This document shows positions 10,750 through 21,423 of a DNA stretch of 64,000 nucleotides, in pieces. The position numbers and the translations under genes were made by a program. Under the pieces are notes generated by a model. The model saw nothing but the letters and a program-made list of their open reading frames with translations. It was not told the origin of the DNA and searched no databases. This DNA is from Sedimentisphaerales bacterium. Its GTDB lineage: Bacteria > Planctomycetota > Phycisphaerae > Sedimentisphaerales > Anaerobacaceae. Every line of letters begins with the position of its first letter. The first letter of the stretch is position 1. The stretch is taken from contig OY970194.1 in NCBI GenBank assembly GCA_963708075.1, positions 192,001 through 256,000 on the forward strand. Direction: 5' to 3'.

Positions 10750-11336
10750 TTAATCATCCCAGCAAAACCCATGAACGCCAGCGTGAGCAGACCGGCCGTG
10801 ATCAACGTGATCGGGGCGCCCTGAAGGGCCTTGGGCACGTCGGCCAGAATCAACTCCTCGCGGATGGCGGCCATGATGCAAATCGCGACCGTAAAACCAA
10901 TCCCCGTTCCCGTACTAACCACGACGGCTTCGAGCAGATTGTTCGTGCCCCAGACGTCGAGAAACAGGCAAATCCCCAGAATCACGCAGTTCGTGGAGAT
11001 CAGAGGCAGGTAGATGCCGAACGCATCGTACAGGGAAGGGAAGAATTTCCGCACGTACATCTCCACAAGCTGCACGGCACCGGCGATGATGACGATGTAG
11101 CAGATGTAGCGGGTGACCTCCATGTGCAGCGGGATGAGCACGTAGGCGTCCACGAGCCAGGTCAAGGTGCCGCTCAGGGCGGTCACGAACGTGACGGCCA
11201 GACCCATGCCGAGGGCCCGATCCAGCCGGCCCGAGACGCCCAGGTACGGGCAGGTCCCCAGGAACTTCGTAAACACGAAGTTGTTCACGAGGACGACGGA
11301 CAGAAACCCCATGGCCAATGCGGTGAATCGGTCCAC
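10746..11336 (-). CDS. rnfA: Rnf complex subunit A
   Basis: NNFVFTKFLG.CP, GIYLPLI.TNC, LAFMGF. Confidence 0.93.
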   Translation of the reverse strand: MDRFTALAMGFLSVVLVNNFVFTKFLGTCPYLGVSGRLDRALGMGLAVTFVTALSGTLTWLVDAYVLIPLHMEVTRYICYIVIIAGAVQLVEMYVRKFFPSLYDAFGIYLPLISTNCVILGICLFLDVWGTNNLLEAVVVSTGTGIGFTVAICIMAAIREELILADVPKALQGAPITLITAGLLTLAFMGFAGMIK

Positions 11337-11337
11337 C

Positions 11338-11961
11338 TTATGCCTCCTTCTTGCGAGTCAGGACGTTGATCAGGCCGAGGATCAGGCCGAGGGTGACGAA
11401 GGCGCCGATGGGCATCTGCATGGCCAGCCAGGGGACAAATGCCTTGGGCATCACCTGGATATCGAACAAGTGGCCGGTTGCGAGGACTTCGCGGACACCG
11501 GCAAGGATACACAACGCTATTGTGAAGCCCGCGCCCATGCCGATGCCGTCGAGTACGCTGACGAGCGGCCCGGATTTGCTGGCGCAGGCCTCGGCCCGAA
11601 AGATGATGATGCAGTTGACGATGATCAGCGGCACATACGCCCCAAGGATTTCGCTCATCTCTGGCTGGTAAGCCTTGAGGAACATATCGCAGATCGTGAC
11701 GAAGGTGGCGATCGTCACGGTGAACATGATGATCCGGAGGTGCGGCCGCAGGAGGTTTCGCATCAGGCTGACCACGAGGTTGCTGCAGACCAACACGAAG
11801 ATCACGCTGAGACCCATCGTCAGCGCGGGCTTGACGGCAGAGGTGACCGCCAGTGGCGGGCACATCCCGATCAACAGGCGAAACGTCGGATTCTCTCGCC
11901 ACAAGCCCGAAAAGAGCGCCGCGGAGTAGGGGCTGGAAATGGAACCGTTACTGGCCGACAT
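11338..11961 (-). CDS. rnfE: Rnf complex subunit E
   Basis: ENP...LIGMCP.LAVT, PLIIVNCII..RAE. Confidence 0.93.
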   Translation of the reverse strand: MSASNGSISSPYSAALFSGLWRENPTFRLLIGMCPPLAVTSAVKPALTMGLSVIFVLVCSNLVVSLMRNLLRPHLRIIMFTVTIATFVTICDMFLKAYQPEMSEILGAYVPLIIVNCIIIFRAEACASKSGPLVSVLDGIGMGAGFTIALCILAGVREVLATGHLFDIQVMPKAFVPWLAMQMPIGAFVTLGLILGLINVLTRKKEA

Positions 11962-12574
11962 TGCCGATCAGTCCTTTCTTCTGCATCTGGTCCTTGATCT
12001 GTGTCAGGAACGTGTTGACGATGTTCACGGCGGCCTGGCTGGTGACGGTGGCGCCGGTGATCGCCACGATCTGGGAATCGATGGCGGTGGGGCTGCCCGT
12101 CTTCACAAGGGTGAACCGTTCCGCCGGGGCGTTGATGAACTGGTTGCGGTAGAAGTCGGCTTTGATCTGGTCGCCGAACCCGGGTGTCTCGCTGCTCGCC
12201 AGGACGCTGAAGCCCATCATCTTCTGGAAGTCCTTGTCGGCGGCGATCACCAGCTCAATCGGGCCGGCAAAGCCCGTGCCACGGGCGTTGAAGCTCCAGC
12301 CGACGCGCTGCCCGTCGGCTGAGAATGCCTCAAAGATCATGGCCTTCTCCTTCGAGCCGTCGGGCAGTTGAACTTCGATATCCGCTTCGACCGGTTGGAA
12401 TCGTTCAGCCGCAGGCAGCAGGGCTTTTGTCAACATGTTGAGTTTAGCGATCCTGTTCTGCTCGATGCGGTCCGACAGGGCGGCATTCGTCACGGCGATC
12501 AGCAGGCCGAAAAAGAAGGCGCTGATCAGGAGCAGCCAACTCTGCTGGATGAAGTACTTGAGCTTAAACAGCAT
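11948..12574 (-). CDS. rnfG: Rnf complex subunit G (FMN-binding)
   Basis: N-terminal TM, ETPGFG, AITGATVTS flavinylation motif. Confidence 0.9.
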   Translation of the reverse strand: MLFKLKYFIQQSWLLLISAFFFGLLIAVTNAALSDRIEQNRIAKLNMLTKALLPAAERFQPVEADIEVQLPDGSKEKAMIFEAFSADGQRVGWSFNARGTGFAGPIELVIAADKDFQKMMGFSVLASSETPGFGDQIKADFYRNQFINAPAERFTLVKTGSPTAIDSQIVAITGATVTSQAAVNIVNTFLTQIKDQMQKKGLIGNVGQ

Positions 12575-13583
12575 GCGGCACACCTCCAACCGGGACCGGC
12601 TTGACGAACCTGTCGATCAGCGGCCTGACACCGTTGGCCAGAAAGACAGCGTACATGACGCCTTCAGGGTATTCACCGACGATTCGGACGAGCATCGTGA
12701 AGACGCCGATGAGGATGCCGAAGATCCACTGGCCGCGAATGGTCATGGGCGCGGTCACCGGGTCCGTGGCGATAAAGAACGCGCCGAACAACAATGCCCC
12801 GCTGGTCAGATGGTAGACCGGCTGGACATACGCCTCCGAGTCCAGCAGATAGGCGATCCCGGCAAAGGCGAACGCGGAAGCCAGGACGGCCAGGGGTATG
12901 TGGATCGTAATGGTTCGCCGGATGAGCAGATACACGCCGCCGATGAGCAGCCCGATCACGCTGGTCTCGCCGAGACAGCCGGCCTTCTCGCCGAGCAGGC
13001 TCTGCCAGAGCGGCAGCCGCTCGTCGTATATCCAGGCGCCGGTCTTGTCCTTGATCGCGGTCTTGCTCCAGGCCAGCGGTGTGGCCTGCGTCCTTGCGTC
13101 AATCGCATTCGCAGGACTGACTGTCGGCATGGTCGTGTCGAGCGTCGCCGGCACCGTCCATGTCGTCATGAGGATGCCGAAGGAGGCCGTCAGAAACAAC
13201 CGGCCGGCCATCGCGGGATTGAAGATGTTGGCCCCGAGGCCGCCAAAGACCATCTTGCCGATGCCGATAGCGAAGACGGCGCCGATGGCCGCTGCCCAGA
13301 GCGGCAGGGCGGGCGGCAAGGACAAACCAAGGATGATGCCGGTCACTACGGCACTGAAGTCGCCGAGCGTATTCGGCTTCTTGCGAACCAGATTACAGAG
13401 CCATTCCGTGGCGGCGCACCATGCGACACACACGGCGATGACCGCTAGACCACGAATCCGGAAGAAGACTGCCGCGGCGATCACTGCGGGCATAAGGCCA
13501 ATGATCACATCGAGCATGATTCGCCGGGTCGAGAGCGGCCTGCGAATGTGCGGGGCGAATGTAACCGTAATATCCTGGGGCAT
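12564..13583 (-). CDS. rnfD: Rnf complex subunit D
   Basis: GGLGANIFNPA, TQATPL, GCLGETS, FIATDPVT. Confidence 0.93.
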   Translation of the reverse strand: MPQDITVTFAPHIRRPLSTRRIMLDVIIGLMPAVIAAAVFFRIRGLAVIAVCVAWCAATEWLCNLVRKKPNTLGDFSAVVTGIILGLSLPPALPLWAAAIGAVFAIGIGKMVFGGLGANIFNPAMAGRLFLTASFGILMTTWTVPATLDTTMPTVSPANAIDARTQATPLAWSKTAIKDKTGAWIYDERLPLWQSLLGEKAGCLGETSVIGLLIGGVYLLIRRTITIHIPLAVLASAFAFAGIAYLLDSEAYVQPVYHLTSGALLFGAFFIATDPVTAPMTIRGQWIFGILIGVFTMLVRIVGEYPEGVMYAVFLANGVRPLIDRFVKPVPVGGVPHAV

Positions 13584-13626
13584 CGATTGGGTCCTTGGTC
13601 ATCCTGCGTCACGGGACTGGACAAAA

Positions 13627-14988
13627 TCACATCGGCATTTTCTTCCTTTGCCGGGCGCGGAGTATTTTGCCGGTTCGGATGTAGCCGGTCAGATCGATCT
13701 TGGCCGGGCAGGCGTAGCTGCAGCAGCCGCACTCGATACAGGCGCTGATGTAGTAGCTCTCCGCCACGTCCATCAGGTTATTTTTCACCGCGTGCGCGAT
13801 CCGGGTGGGGTTGAGATTCTCCGGGCACGCCTGGACGCATCGGCCACAACGGATGCAGGTTGTCTGCGTCCGGTCGAGCCCGGCGGCGCTGACTTGCTCC
13901 TTTGTCAACACCGTCACGGCCCCGCTGGCCTTGGCAATCGGCGTGCTCAGATCGGCGATGGCGATGCCCATCATGGGCCCGCCCATGATAACCTTGGCAG
14001 CCTGCTCCGTGAGAACCGCCGCAGTGGCCGATCAGGGCCTCGACAGAGGTTCCCAGTGGCACATAGTAGTTGCCGGGACTGGTGATGGCCTCGCCGGTAA
14101 CGGTGACGACACGATGGGTGAGTGGCCGGCCATAAAGGACTGCATCCGCAATCGCCGCCGCCGTGGCCACGTTATCGACTACCACGCCGATAGCCGGAGG
14201 GATGCCGCCGGTCGGCACGACCTTGTTCAGGACGGCCCGAATGAGTTGCCGCTCACCGCCCTGCGGGTACTTCGTCTTGACAGGGACAACTCGGACGCTC
14301 CCCGCCAGACCCATCGCCTCCAGCGCAGCGTTCATCTTCTCGATGGCCTTAGGCTTGTTGTCCTCGATGGCGATGAAGACGTTGGAGGCGCCGCAGGCTC
14401 TTTGGGCCAGTCGCATTCCGGCGACGATCTGCTCCGTCCATTCGAGCATGAGGCGATAGTCGCACGTGATGTACGGCTCGCACTCGCAGCCGTTGATGAT
14501 CAATGTATGCTTGGGGACTTTCGCGTCGGGCTGGATCTTGACGCTCGTCGGAAATCCAGCGCCGCCCATGCCGACGATCCCCGCTTCCCGCACGGCGTCA
14601 CAGATCTGCTCCGGCGTATACTTGGCCGGGTCGAAGTTCTGCGGCACCGAGAAAGCGGGAAGACTCGGCTCAGCCGCAGATTCCGCCTCGATCATCACGG
14701 CGAGGCTGCGCCCGAGCACCGGGTGTGATCGCAAGGCAATTTCTTTCACTTTCCCCGCGACCGGCGCGTGGACCGGGCGCAGATGAACCCCTGGCACTGG
14801 CCGATCTTCTGCCCGGCCTGCACCACGTCGCCTTTCTTGACGGTCGGCTGGGCGGCGGCCCCAATGTGCTGGCTGAGGAACACGGCCAGTTCTTTCACGG
14901 CCGGTCCAGGCTGAATCTGCCTGTCCGCCGTCAGATGCTTACTCTCCGGAGGATGCACTCCTCCGGCAAATGATGCTTTCTTGCCCAT
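13627..14988 (-). CDS. rnfC: Rnf complex subunit C, split by two single-base frameshifts (~14776 and ~14014)
   Basis: GGVHPPESK, GIVGMGGAGFPT, ECEPYITCD, KYPQGGE, GGPMMG and CIRCGRC/CIECGCC are spread over three ORFs that join with one base added and one removed. Confidence 0.88.
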
Positions 14989-15018
14989 GGTCGAAATCAC
15001 ACCAATCCATTCCGGATA

Positions 15019-15309
15019 CTACTTTGCCCGATGATGTCGCTTGATCGCTGTGCTGACAACCAGCACAAGGACGGCAGAGGCAGCCAGAGCCATCACACAC
15101 GCGAGCGGCGTCTCGTACCGCGGGGCTACAATGCCATCCAGAAGCGCGCCGCATAGAGCCAGCGTACCCGCGAAGACGGCTATCGGCAGCAGAAACGCAG
15201 CGATGGCCTTGAGGGTTACCGAAGGCCCCTCGGCCTTTCCAAGCTGCTCGTAAGCCTTCGCACACGTGTGCGCCTCACTGCAACCCTTGCAGATCTCCGG
15301 CTGTTCCAT
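15019..15309 (-). CDS. RseC/MucC-like small membrane protein
   Basis: CxxC..C motif followed by two TM helices, directly upstream of rnfC. Confidence 0.6.
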   Translation of the reverse strand: MEQPEICKGCSEAHTCAKAYEQLGKAEGPSVTLKAIAAFLLPIAVFAGTLALCGALLDGIVAPRYETPLACVMALAASAVLVLVVSTAIKRHHRAK

Positions 15310-15397
15310 GATTTTCACTACCACACGCAGAAAGGGAGAATTATAATCTGGCCCCAACGTTTTTCAACATAGAGTTTCGGGAATATGGAATACCGTT

Positions 15398-16282
15398 ATG
15401 CCGAATAGAGTGATCCTGCTTGCCCTGGCGGGAGCATTGGCTCTTTCAGCGGGTTGCGCCGTCAATCCTGTTACGGGCGACGAGGAGCTGATGTTCTTCC
15501 CGCCGGAGGATGATGTGAAATTGGGCCGGCAATACGCGGGTCCTATCGAGAAGGAGTTGGGCGGCCGAATCGCGGACGAGAACCTGCAACGCTACGTCAA
15601 TGATGTGGGGCAGAAGATGGCCCGCGTCTGCCATCAGCCGGACATCTCATATCACTTCACCGCGGTTGAGGACAAGATGATCAATGCTTTCGCCTTGCCC
15701 GGCGGCTATGTCTTTATCACGCGCGGGCTGCTGAAGGAGATGAAGACGGAAGGGCAATTGGCCTCGGTGCTGGCCCATGAGGTCGGGCACGTGGTCGCCC
15801 GGGACACCATGGCCGCGCTGAGCCGCCAGCTCAGCATGGCGGCGCTGGTGGTGGGAGCCCACGTCAGCGGCGCGCCCGGCAGGGTGACTCGTGCGGCGGA
15901 TTTCATGACCGCCATGCTGTCTTTGCAGTATAGCCGAGATGATGAACGAGAGGCGGATATGACGGGTCTGTCCTATATGACAGGGGCCGGTTACGATCCG
16001 AATAGCATGGTCGAGATGATGCAAGTCCTCGATGAACTGCAGACGGTGCGGCCGATTGAGTTCTTCTCCACCCACCCGAATCCGGAAAGCCGCATCACCT
16101 ACATCAAAGAGAAGATCGCCACACGGTACTGCGGGCTAGGCACGCTCAAGAGAGGCCAGCAGGAATACGAAGAGGCTGTCCTGTCCAAGTTGAAAAGGCA
16201 CAGGAACGTGAATGCTGCCACTCCGGATCTGCCGGAGGCTGTCTCTGATCCAGCAGGCACACCGGAAAAGACCGGCCCATGA
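15398..16282 (+). CDS. M48 family metalloprotease lipoprotein
   Basis: Lipobox AGC, NAFALPGG, HEVGH zinc motif, YSR..E.EAD, STHP. Confidence 0.92.
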   Translation: MPNRVILLALAGALALSAGCAVNPVTGDEELMFFPPEDDVKLGRQYAGPIEKELGGRIADENLQRYVNDVGQKMARVCHQPDISYHFTAVEDKMINAFALPGGYVFITRGLLKEMKTEGQLASVLAHEVGHVVARDTMAALSRQLSMAALVVGAHVSGAPGRVTRAADFMTAMLSLQYSRDDEREADMTGLSYMTGAGYDPNSMVEMMQVLDELQTVRPIEFFSTHPNPESRITYIKEKIATRYCGLGTLKRGQQEYEEAVLSKLKRHRNVNAATPDLPEAVSDPAGTPEKTGP

Positions 16283-16473
16283 GGGTGTGGTCGGAATACG
16301 GTGGCAATCGGCGAGCCTCTTCGTAGGTCGTGCGTCCCCGCACGACCAGTCCGGGCCCTTGCAACGGACTGGATACCGTACAAGGCCACAGCCGAAAGAG
16401 GACGAGCGAGGACGCTCGTCTTACGCGGAGCCCCGAATCCGCCACCGAATGGCGGCCGCATCCCCCCTGTGGG

Positions 16474-16862
16474 TGTGGTCGGAATTCGGTGGCGGCGTGT
16501 AGCCGCCGTGTGCGGACTGCGCCTCTTTCGTCCCTTACGGGACTGGCTTTTGTCCTCGGCCCCGGTTCCCCAGCGATAAATCGCTGGGCTATTCTCTATC
16601 GCCCTTCGGGCTTGAACTGCGCCCGGACGGGTTGATCATTATCCCGCAGGCGTTGCGGCTATTGGCTATCGCCCTGCGGGCTTGGACTTCGCTCCAGTCC
16701 TCTTGCGTCGGCCCGTCCGCCCCGCGGGGGCGATCGACACTAGCCCACCGTTTCAACGGTGGGTACGATAGTCAATCCTATCTCAAAGCCCCGTAGGGGC
16801 GAAAGAAGACTGGGCTGCGCTCTTGTGTCGGGTGCAAACCGAATCCGCCACCGAAGGCCGAC
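16474..16862. repeat. Composite REP/BIME-like palindrome element (family A)
   Basis: Hairpins GTCCCTTACGGGAC, CCCAGCGATAAATCGCTGGG, CCCACCGTTTCAACGGTGGG and GCCCCGTAGGGGC in the same order as at 23556-23828 and, inverted, 28790-29105. Confidence 0.85.
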
Positions 16863-16906
16863 CGCAGTCGCCCATGACGGCCGGTTTCCTCGCATCGCGA
16901 GTGTGA

Positions 16907-17320
16907 TCAGCCTTGCCCCGCCTGGCGAGCCTTGCGGGTGTCTTCCACCTTGCTGTGCTTGCACTTGGGGCACCGATCCGGGAAGTCATTCGGGACGGAG
17001 CCGGCGATGAAGATCTCGTTGCAGTTGGCGCATTTCTCTGCCAGGAAGGCCGCATTCTTGGAGCACTTCTGGCACGTCAGGGGCGGGGTGAGCATCATAG
17101 CTGCTGCGCTGGCCGCGGCCTTCTCGCTGATGTCCTTGTAGTACTGCTTTCGGCTCATCTCAAAGGACGCATTGCAGGACCGGCACTTCATCCAGACCTG
17201 CTCCGTGTCGCTGATGGAGTTGATGCCCGCGCTGCCGCCGCCGGACCGGGTCTTGACAAACACGAGCACAGCCACAAGGATGCAAGCCGCGATGATGATG
17301 GCGTAGATGGTGTTCTTCAT
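16907..17320 (-). CDS. Membrane-anchored zinc-ribbon hypothetical protein
   Basis: N-terminal TM helix, four CxxC motifs, GGAGG RBS. Confidence 0.75.
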   Translation of the reverse strand: MKNTIYAIIIAACILVAVLVFVKTRSGGGSAGINSISDTEQVWMKCRSCNASFEMSRKQYYKDISEKAAASAAAMMLTPPLTCQKCSKNAAFLAEKCANCNEIFIAGSVPNDFPDRCPKCKHSKVEDTRKARQAGQG

Positions 17321-17440
17321 GGCTCAAAACCTCCCGAACAGTCAAATCAGTCTTTGTGATGCAGCTCTGTGGATGTCGAACGCGGACCCAAGTACGCATA
17401 CATCACTGAGGGTGAACGATACCGCCGGGCCCTTGTGATG

Positions 17441-18499
17441 TCAAATACTTGTTGTTTTTCCCGCGGAGGTCCTGCCCAGTTGCAGGATTCTGGCCGGTTC
17501 TTCCGGGAACCCTGTGCGCGCGGACAGGTAGGCCGACTCGAGCACCGCCATGTTGTGGAGACCCTCCTGGGCGCTGGTGATCAGGCTCGGCTCCTCCGGG
17601 TTCGTTATGCTTCGTGCGAAGCTGCAGAGCAATCGCCGCATCGTGTCCGGCTCATCCTGGTCATACTGCCATCTCTGACTCTCCCGGCCGGTGCACGTGT
17701 TCAGCGTGACGAGGTCCCCCGTGACCGTCAGTAGGGCATCTTTGCCGTACACTTTCAAGGACAGCTCGTTCGGCCCCACCTCGTTACGGCGCGTGGCGGT
17801 GATGCTGCCCACCAATGTGTCGGTGAATCGCAGGGAAACCACGGAGGTATCCTCCGTGAGGTACAGCCGCAACTGCTTGTCGGGAGCCCCGCTGGCGTTC
17901 AGCGCATACACCTGCTGGGGCACGGGGAAACTCCAGAGGATCTGATCGATGAGCGGGTAGGCGTCATGCAGGAGCACTCCGCCCCCGGCTAGTTGTGGGT
18001 CGGTGTACCAGGAGGGCCGATCCGCTACAGCGATGCTGCAGTACGCTTTGATCAGGTAGATACCCTCGATGTGGCCCTGCAGGATCAACTCGTGTGCGGT
18101 GATGTAGCTGGGATTGAATCTCGCGGGGTTGGCAACGGCGAACTTGACCTTCTCGCTCTCGGCCATCTGCACGTATTCGCCGGCCTCCTCGAAATTCCTT
18201 GCGGGCGGCGCGAGCTTGAGGATGTTGAACTTCCTCTTGATGGCCGTCTTGAGGTGCTCGCCGTAGGCATGGATATCGGTGGCCAGCAACAGACAATCGA
18301 GCTGATTCTGAACGATCAGTTGCCGGTAGTCGGTAAATGCCTCACATTTATATCTGGCGGCCGCCTTCTCCGCCTTCTGAGGGTCCTGGTCAGCCACGGC
18401 CTTGATCTGAAAACAACCGGACCGTGACGCCGCGTCAAGAAGGAGCCAGCCCTTTTGGTCGAGACCGAGTACCGCCGCAGTAAGAGTCTCTGTTGCCAT
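17441..18499 (-). CDS. Gfo/Idh/MocA family oxidoreductase (degenerate motifs)
   Basis: Rossmann-like N-terminus, W..DP.LAGGGVLLHD motif; the usual EKP motif is replaced. Confidence 0.8.
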   Translation of the reverse strand: MATETLTAAVLGLDQKGWLLLDAASRSGCFQIKAVADQDPQKAEKAAARYKCEAFTDYRQLIVQNQLDCLLLATDIHAYGEHLKTAIKRKFNILKLAPPARNFEEAGEYVQMAESEKVKFAVANPARFNPSYITAHELILQGHIEGIYLIKAYCSIAVADRPSWYTDPQLAGGGVLLHDAYPLIDQILWSFPVPQQVYALNASGAPDKQLRLYLTEDTSVVSLRFTDTLVGSITATRRNEVGPNELSLKVYGKDALLTVTGDLVTLNTCTGRESQRWQYDQDEPDTMRRLLCSFARSITNPEEPSLITSAQEGLHNMAVLESAYLSARTGFPEEPARILQLGRTSAGKTTSI

Positions 18500-18508
18500 G
18501 CATCGCCA

Positions 18509-19783
18509 TCAATCCCGATTGTTGTTTTTGTGCGGTATGATGAAGTGCTCCGGCACGGGGAACTGCGAGCACAGCAGAAGCACTTCTTTGCCAATTTCCT
18601 CGATCATCGGCTCGTTGTCGATATTCTCGGCCACCCTGTGGATGAACGTGGCGACCTGCCGGGCTTCCGCCTCCTTGAAGCCGCGGGTGGTGATCGCCGG
18701 CGTCCCGACGCGCAGGCCGCTCGGATTGAACGGCGGGGCCGGATCACCGGGGATCGTGTTGTAATTCGAGACGATCCGCGCCCGGTCGAGAGCCTTGGCC
18801 AGCTTCTTGCCGGGAATACCCTTGTTCCTCAGGTCGATCAGGATCAGATGATTATCGGTCCCACCCGAAACGAGATTGAAGCCATACTCAAGAAGCTTTT
18901 CCGCCAGCGCCTTGGCATTCTTGACGATCTGTTTGGCGTAGGCGACAAACTCCGGCGTGTCGGCCTCCGCCAAAGCTACGGCGACCGCCGTCAGCGTGTG
19001 CATGTGCGGGCCGCCTTGAAGACCCGGGAAAACCGCACGATCCACCTTGTCGGCATGTTCCGCCTTGCACAGCAGCATGCCTCCGCGCGGACCGCGCAGC
19101 GTCTTGTGCGTGGTCGTGGATACGATGTCGGCGTACGGCACGGGGCTTTGGTGGATGCCCGCGACCACGAGGCCGGCGATATGTGCGATATCGCTGACAT
19201 GATATGCCCCGATTTCACGGGCGATCTCGCCAAAGGTCTTGAAATCGATGGCTCTCGGATAGGCGGTCGCCCCGGAGATAATGATCCTGGGACGGTGCTT
19301 TTTCGCCAGATCGCGAATGAGGTCGTAGTCGAGCCTGCCCGTTTCCGTGTTGAGGGTATAGGATACGGAGTTATAGAACTTGCTGGTCAGCGAGACTTTC
19401 CAGCCGTGGGTAAGGTGTCCGCCGTGTACGAGCGACATTCCCATGATCATGTCGTGCGGCTCGATGAGAGCGGAATACGCAGCCATGTTCGCTACCGACC
19501 CCGAGTACGGCTGCACATTCGCGTGATCGGCCTTGAAGAGCTTCTTGGCCCGCTCCTGTGCCACCTTCTCGATCAGGTCGGTAACCTGCTGTCCTTCGTA
19601 GTATCGTCTGCCGGGGTATCCCTCGGCGTATTTGTTTGTCAGACAGCTTGACGAAGCCATCATGACGGCCCGTGACACGTAGTTCTCCGACGGGATCAGG
19701 CGGATCGAACCGCTCTGCCGGGTCTCTTCCTGTCGGATGAGCTCGTAGATCTGCGGATCATACTGCTCGAGAGCTGTCCTCAT
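18509..19783 (-). CDS. glyA: Serine hydroxymethyltransferase
   Basis: LIPSENY, NKYAEGYPG.RYY, GGHLTHG, TTTHKTLRGPRGG, SGGTDNHL. Confidence 0.97.
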   Translation of the reverse strand: MRTALEQYDPQIYELIRQEETRQSGSIRLIPSENYVSRAVMMASSSCLTNKYAEGYPGRRYYEGQQVTDLIEKVAQERAKKLFKADHANVQPYSGSVANMAAYSALIEPHDMIMGMSLVHGGHLTHGWKVSLTSKFYNSVSYTLNTETGRLDYDLIRDLAKKHRPRIIISGATAYPRAIDFKTFGEIAREIGAYHVSDIAHIAGLVVAGIHQSPVPYADIVSTTTHKTLRGPRGGMLLCKAEHADKVDRAVFPGLQGGPHMHTLTAVAVALAEADTPEFVAYAKQIVKNAKALAEKLLEYGFNLVSGGTDNHLILIDLRNKGIPGKKLAKALDRARIVSNYNTIPGDPAPPFNPSGLRVGTPAITTRGFKEAEARQVATFIHRVAENIDNEPMIEEIGKEVLLLCSQFPVPEHFIIPHKNNNRD

Positions 19784-19947
19784 GGTACTTCTCCACACGG
19801 TAACGGCACATCCCTGCCGGCGGCCATGGCGATTGAAGTCAAATAACAATAGCGGCTCTTATAGCAGAACCGGCCTTCCTCCACAAGCTTTTATTCAGTG
19901 GAGTTCTGCCAAGGTGTGCGGCCGGTATTCGGCGGCAGAACCACGGG

Positions 19948-20652
19948 ATTGGCTTTGTTTCACACGAGCCACCGCCCCCTCCGCTGGCTTTGTTTCACAC
20001 AAGACCCCTTCCTGGATTTGGCTTTGTTTCGCACGACCGCTGAATAGCACGTAACGCCTTTCCTGCAAAGGACTTCCACCACACCCCGCCTCCGCAAGAT
20101 TGGCTTTGTTTCACACAGTAGGGCGGGCGTCCCCGCTCGCCCCGCCCGGCAGGGACAAATTGGCTTTGTTTCGCGCGATACATCCTCCGCTCCGTCGGGT
20201 GTGCCGTGCACACCACCTGTCCGGCAGGGCGAATTGGCTTTGTTTCACAGCCTCGCCCATCCGCTGCTGGCCTTTCAATCCGCAATCCGCAATCCAGGGC
20301 CTCCAGCCCTGCCAATTGGCTTTGTTCCACAGAATGGGTGCTGTCGACCGTTGCAGGCATCGATCCTTCAATCCGCATTTCGCAATCCCAGGGCCCCCGG
20401 CCCACAATTGGCTTTGTTTCGCGCACGGGCCCTCGCGTAGGATGGGCTGTGCCCACCGCCTGTCCGGCAGGCCAAATTGGGTTTGTCTTGCATGATAGCC
20501 TCTGTAGTCCTTTGAGTGAGGCAAATTGGCTTTGTTTCGCGCCGGGTTAGCCACCATGTGGCCCAACCGCCCTCGGCTGGGATCAACCCGAGGCCGGGGG
20601 ACTACCTGACACTTCAAACTTGACACTCCTTTCGATTTGGCTTTGTTTCACA
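19948..20652 (-). repeat. Repeat-spacer array 1: 11 copies of GYGAAACAAAGCCAAT (ATTGGCTTTGTTTCRC on +)
   Basis: Copies at about 19948, 19984, 20017, 20099, 20159, 20233, 20315, 20407, 20476 (degenerate), 20525 and 20636, with variable spacers. Confidence 0.92.
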
Positions 20653-21208
20653 GATTCGTTCACCCGCTCCCGGCCTTTCAATCCGCAATCCCCAGATCCT
20701 GCCACATGGCCATACGCTCCGACTTACCTGATCTGGCAGTCATTACCCTGTTTTTCCACTATCACACATACGTTGCAAATTCTGTGCCAGGTGAACACCC
20801 CCGAATCCGGCGTCTCATCCCGGTTGTCGCCCGGGACAGGCAGCCCCATATGGCAGAGCCACTGAAACGCAGATTCCGATTTTGTCATTCCTGCGAAAGC
20901 AGGAATCCAACCTTAGCCGCAGAGGACTCCAGCCGTCTACTGTCAGCCGCCAACTGAGAACTGACAACTGCTCTTTCATCCGCAGATTTCACGGATTTCC
21001 CAGCCCGGCCTTCGGCCGGAACCAATGGCGTTTAACGCTTTGCGGGTACCGGCGGGGAGATGATGGAACCAGGCGGTCAGCCGGGGCTTTCTCCACCTTC
21101 CCCGCCGGTACCTTGAACGCGATAAACGCACGCTTGGCTTCTGCCGTAACACTCGCCTCGGCAATAACTTATGGAGAAGCTGCACAACGATCTGGAAAAG
21201 ACTTTCAC

Positions 21209-21351
21209 CGGCAACACCAAAATCCAAGGCCTGACCCCTTTTCCTCTCCATGAAGTGTGCTGTCCCCGGAATTCCACAATGGCCCGCACCCTAAAAAGTA
21301 CCGTACCCGTTTGATTCCCCTCGGCAACACCAAAATCCAAAGCCTGACCCC
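21209..21351 (+). repeat. 30-bp direct repeat CGGCAACACCAAAATCCAARGCCTGACCCC (21209-21238, 21322-21351)
   Basis: One mismatch between copies; related AATCCAAAGCTTGACCCC at ~41768. Confidence 0.85.
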
Positions 21352-21423
21352 GTTTCTCCCTTTTCTCCCGTCAGATTTGACGTATTGGTCGCCGCGTCAT
21401 GGCCGGGCTCGCTGAGAGGGGCT

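Noticed and set aside
19784..19940. ZTP or glycine riboswitch upstream of glyA
   Set aside because: No recognisable consensus segments by eye; a covariance-model search would be needed to exclude it fully.
19960..20626. ORFs with CETKPI/NKAN/WLCF repeats over both arrays
   Set aside because: These are translations of the DNA repeat in several frames; unit lengths are not multiples of three and there is no consistent coding frame.
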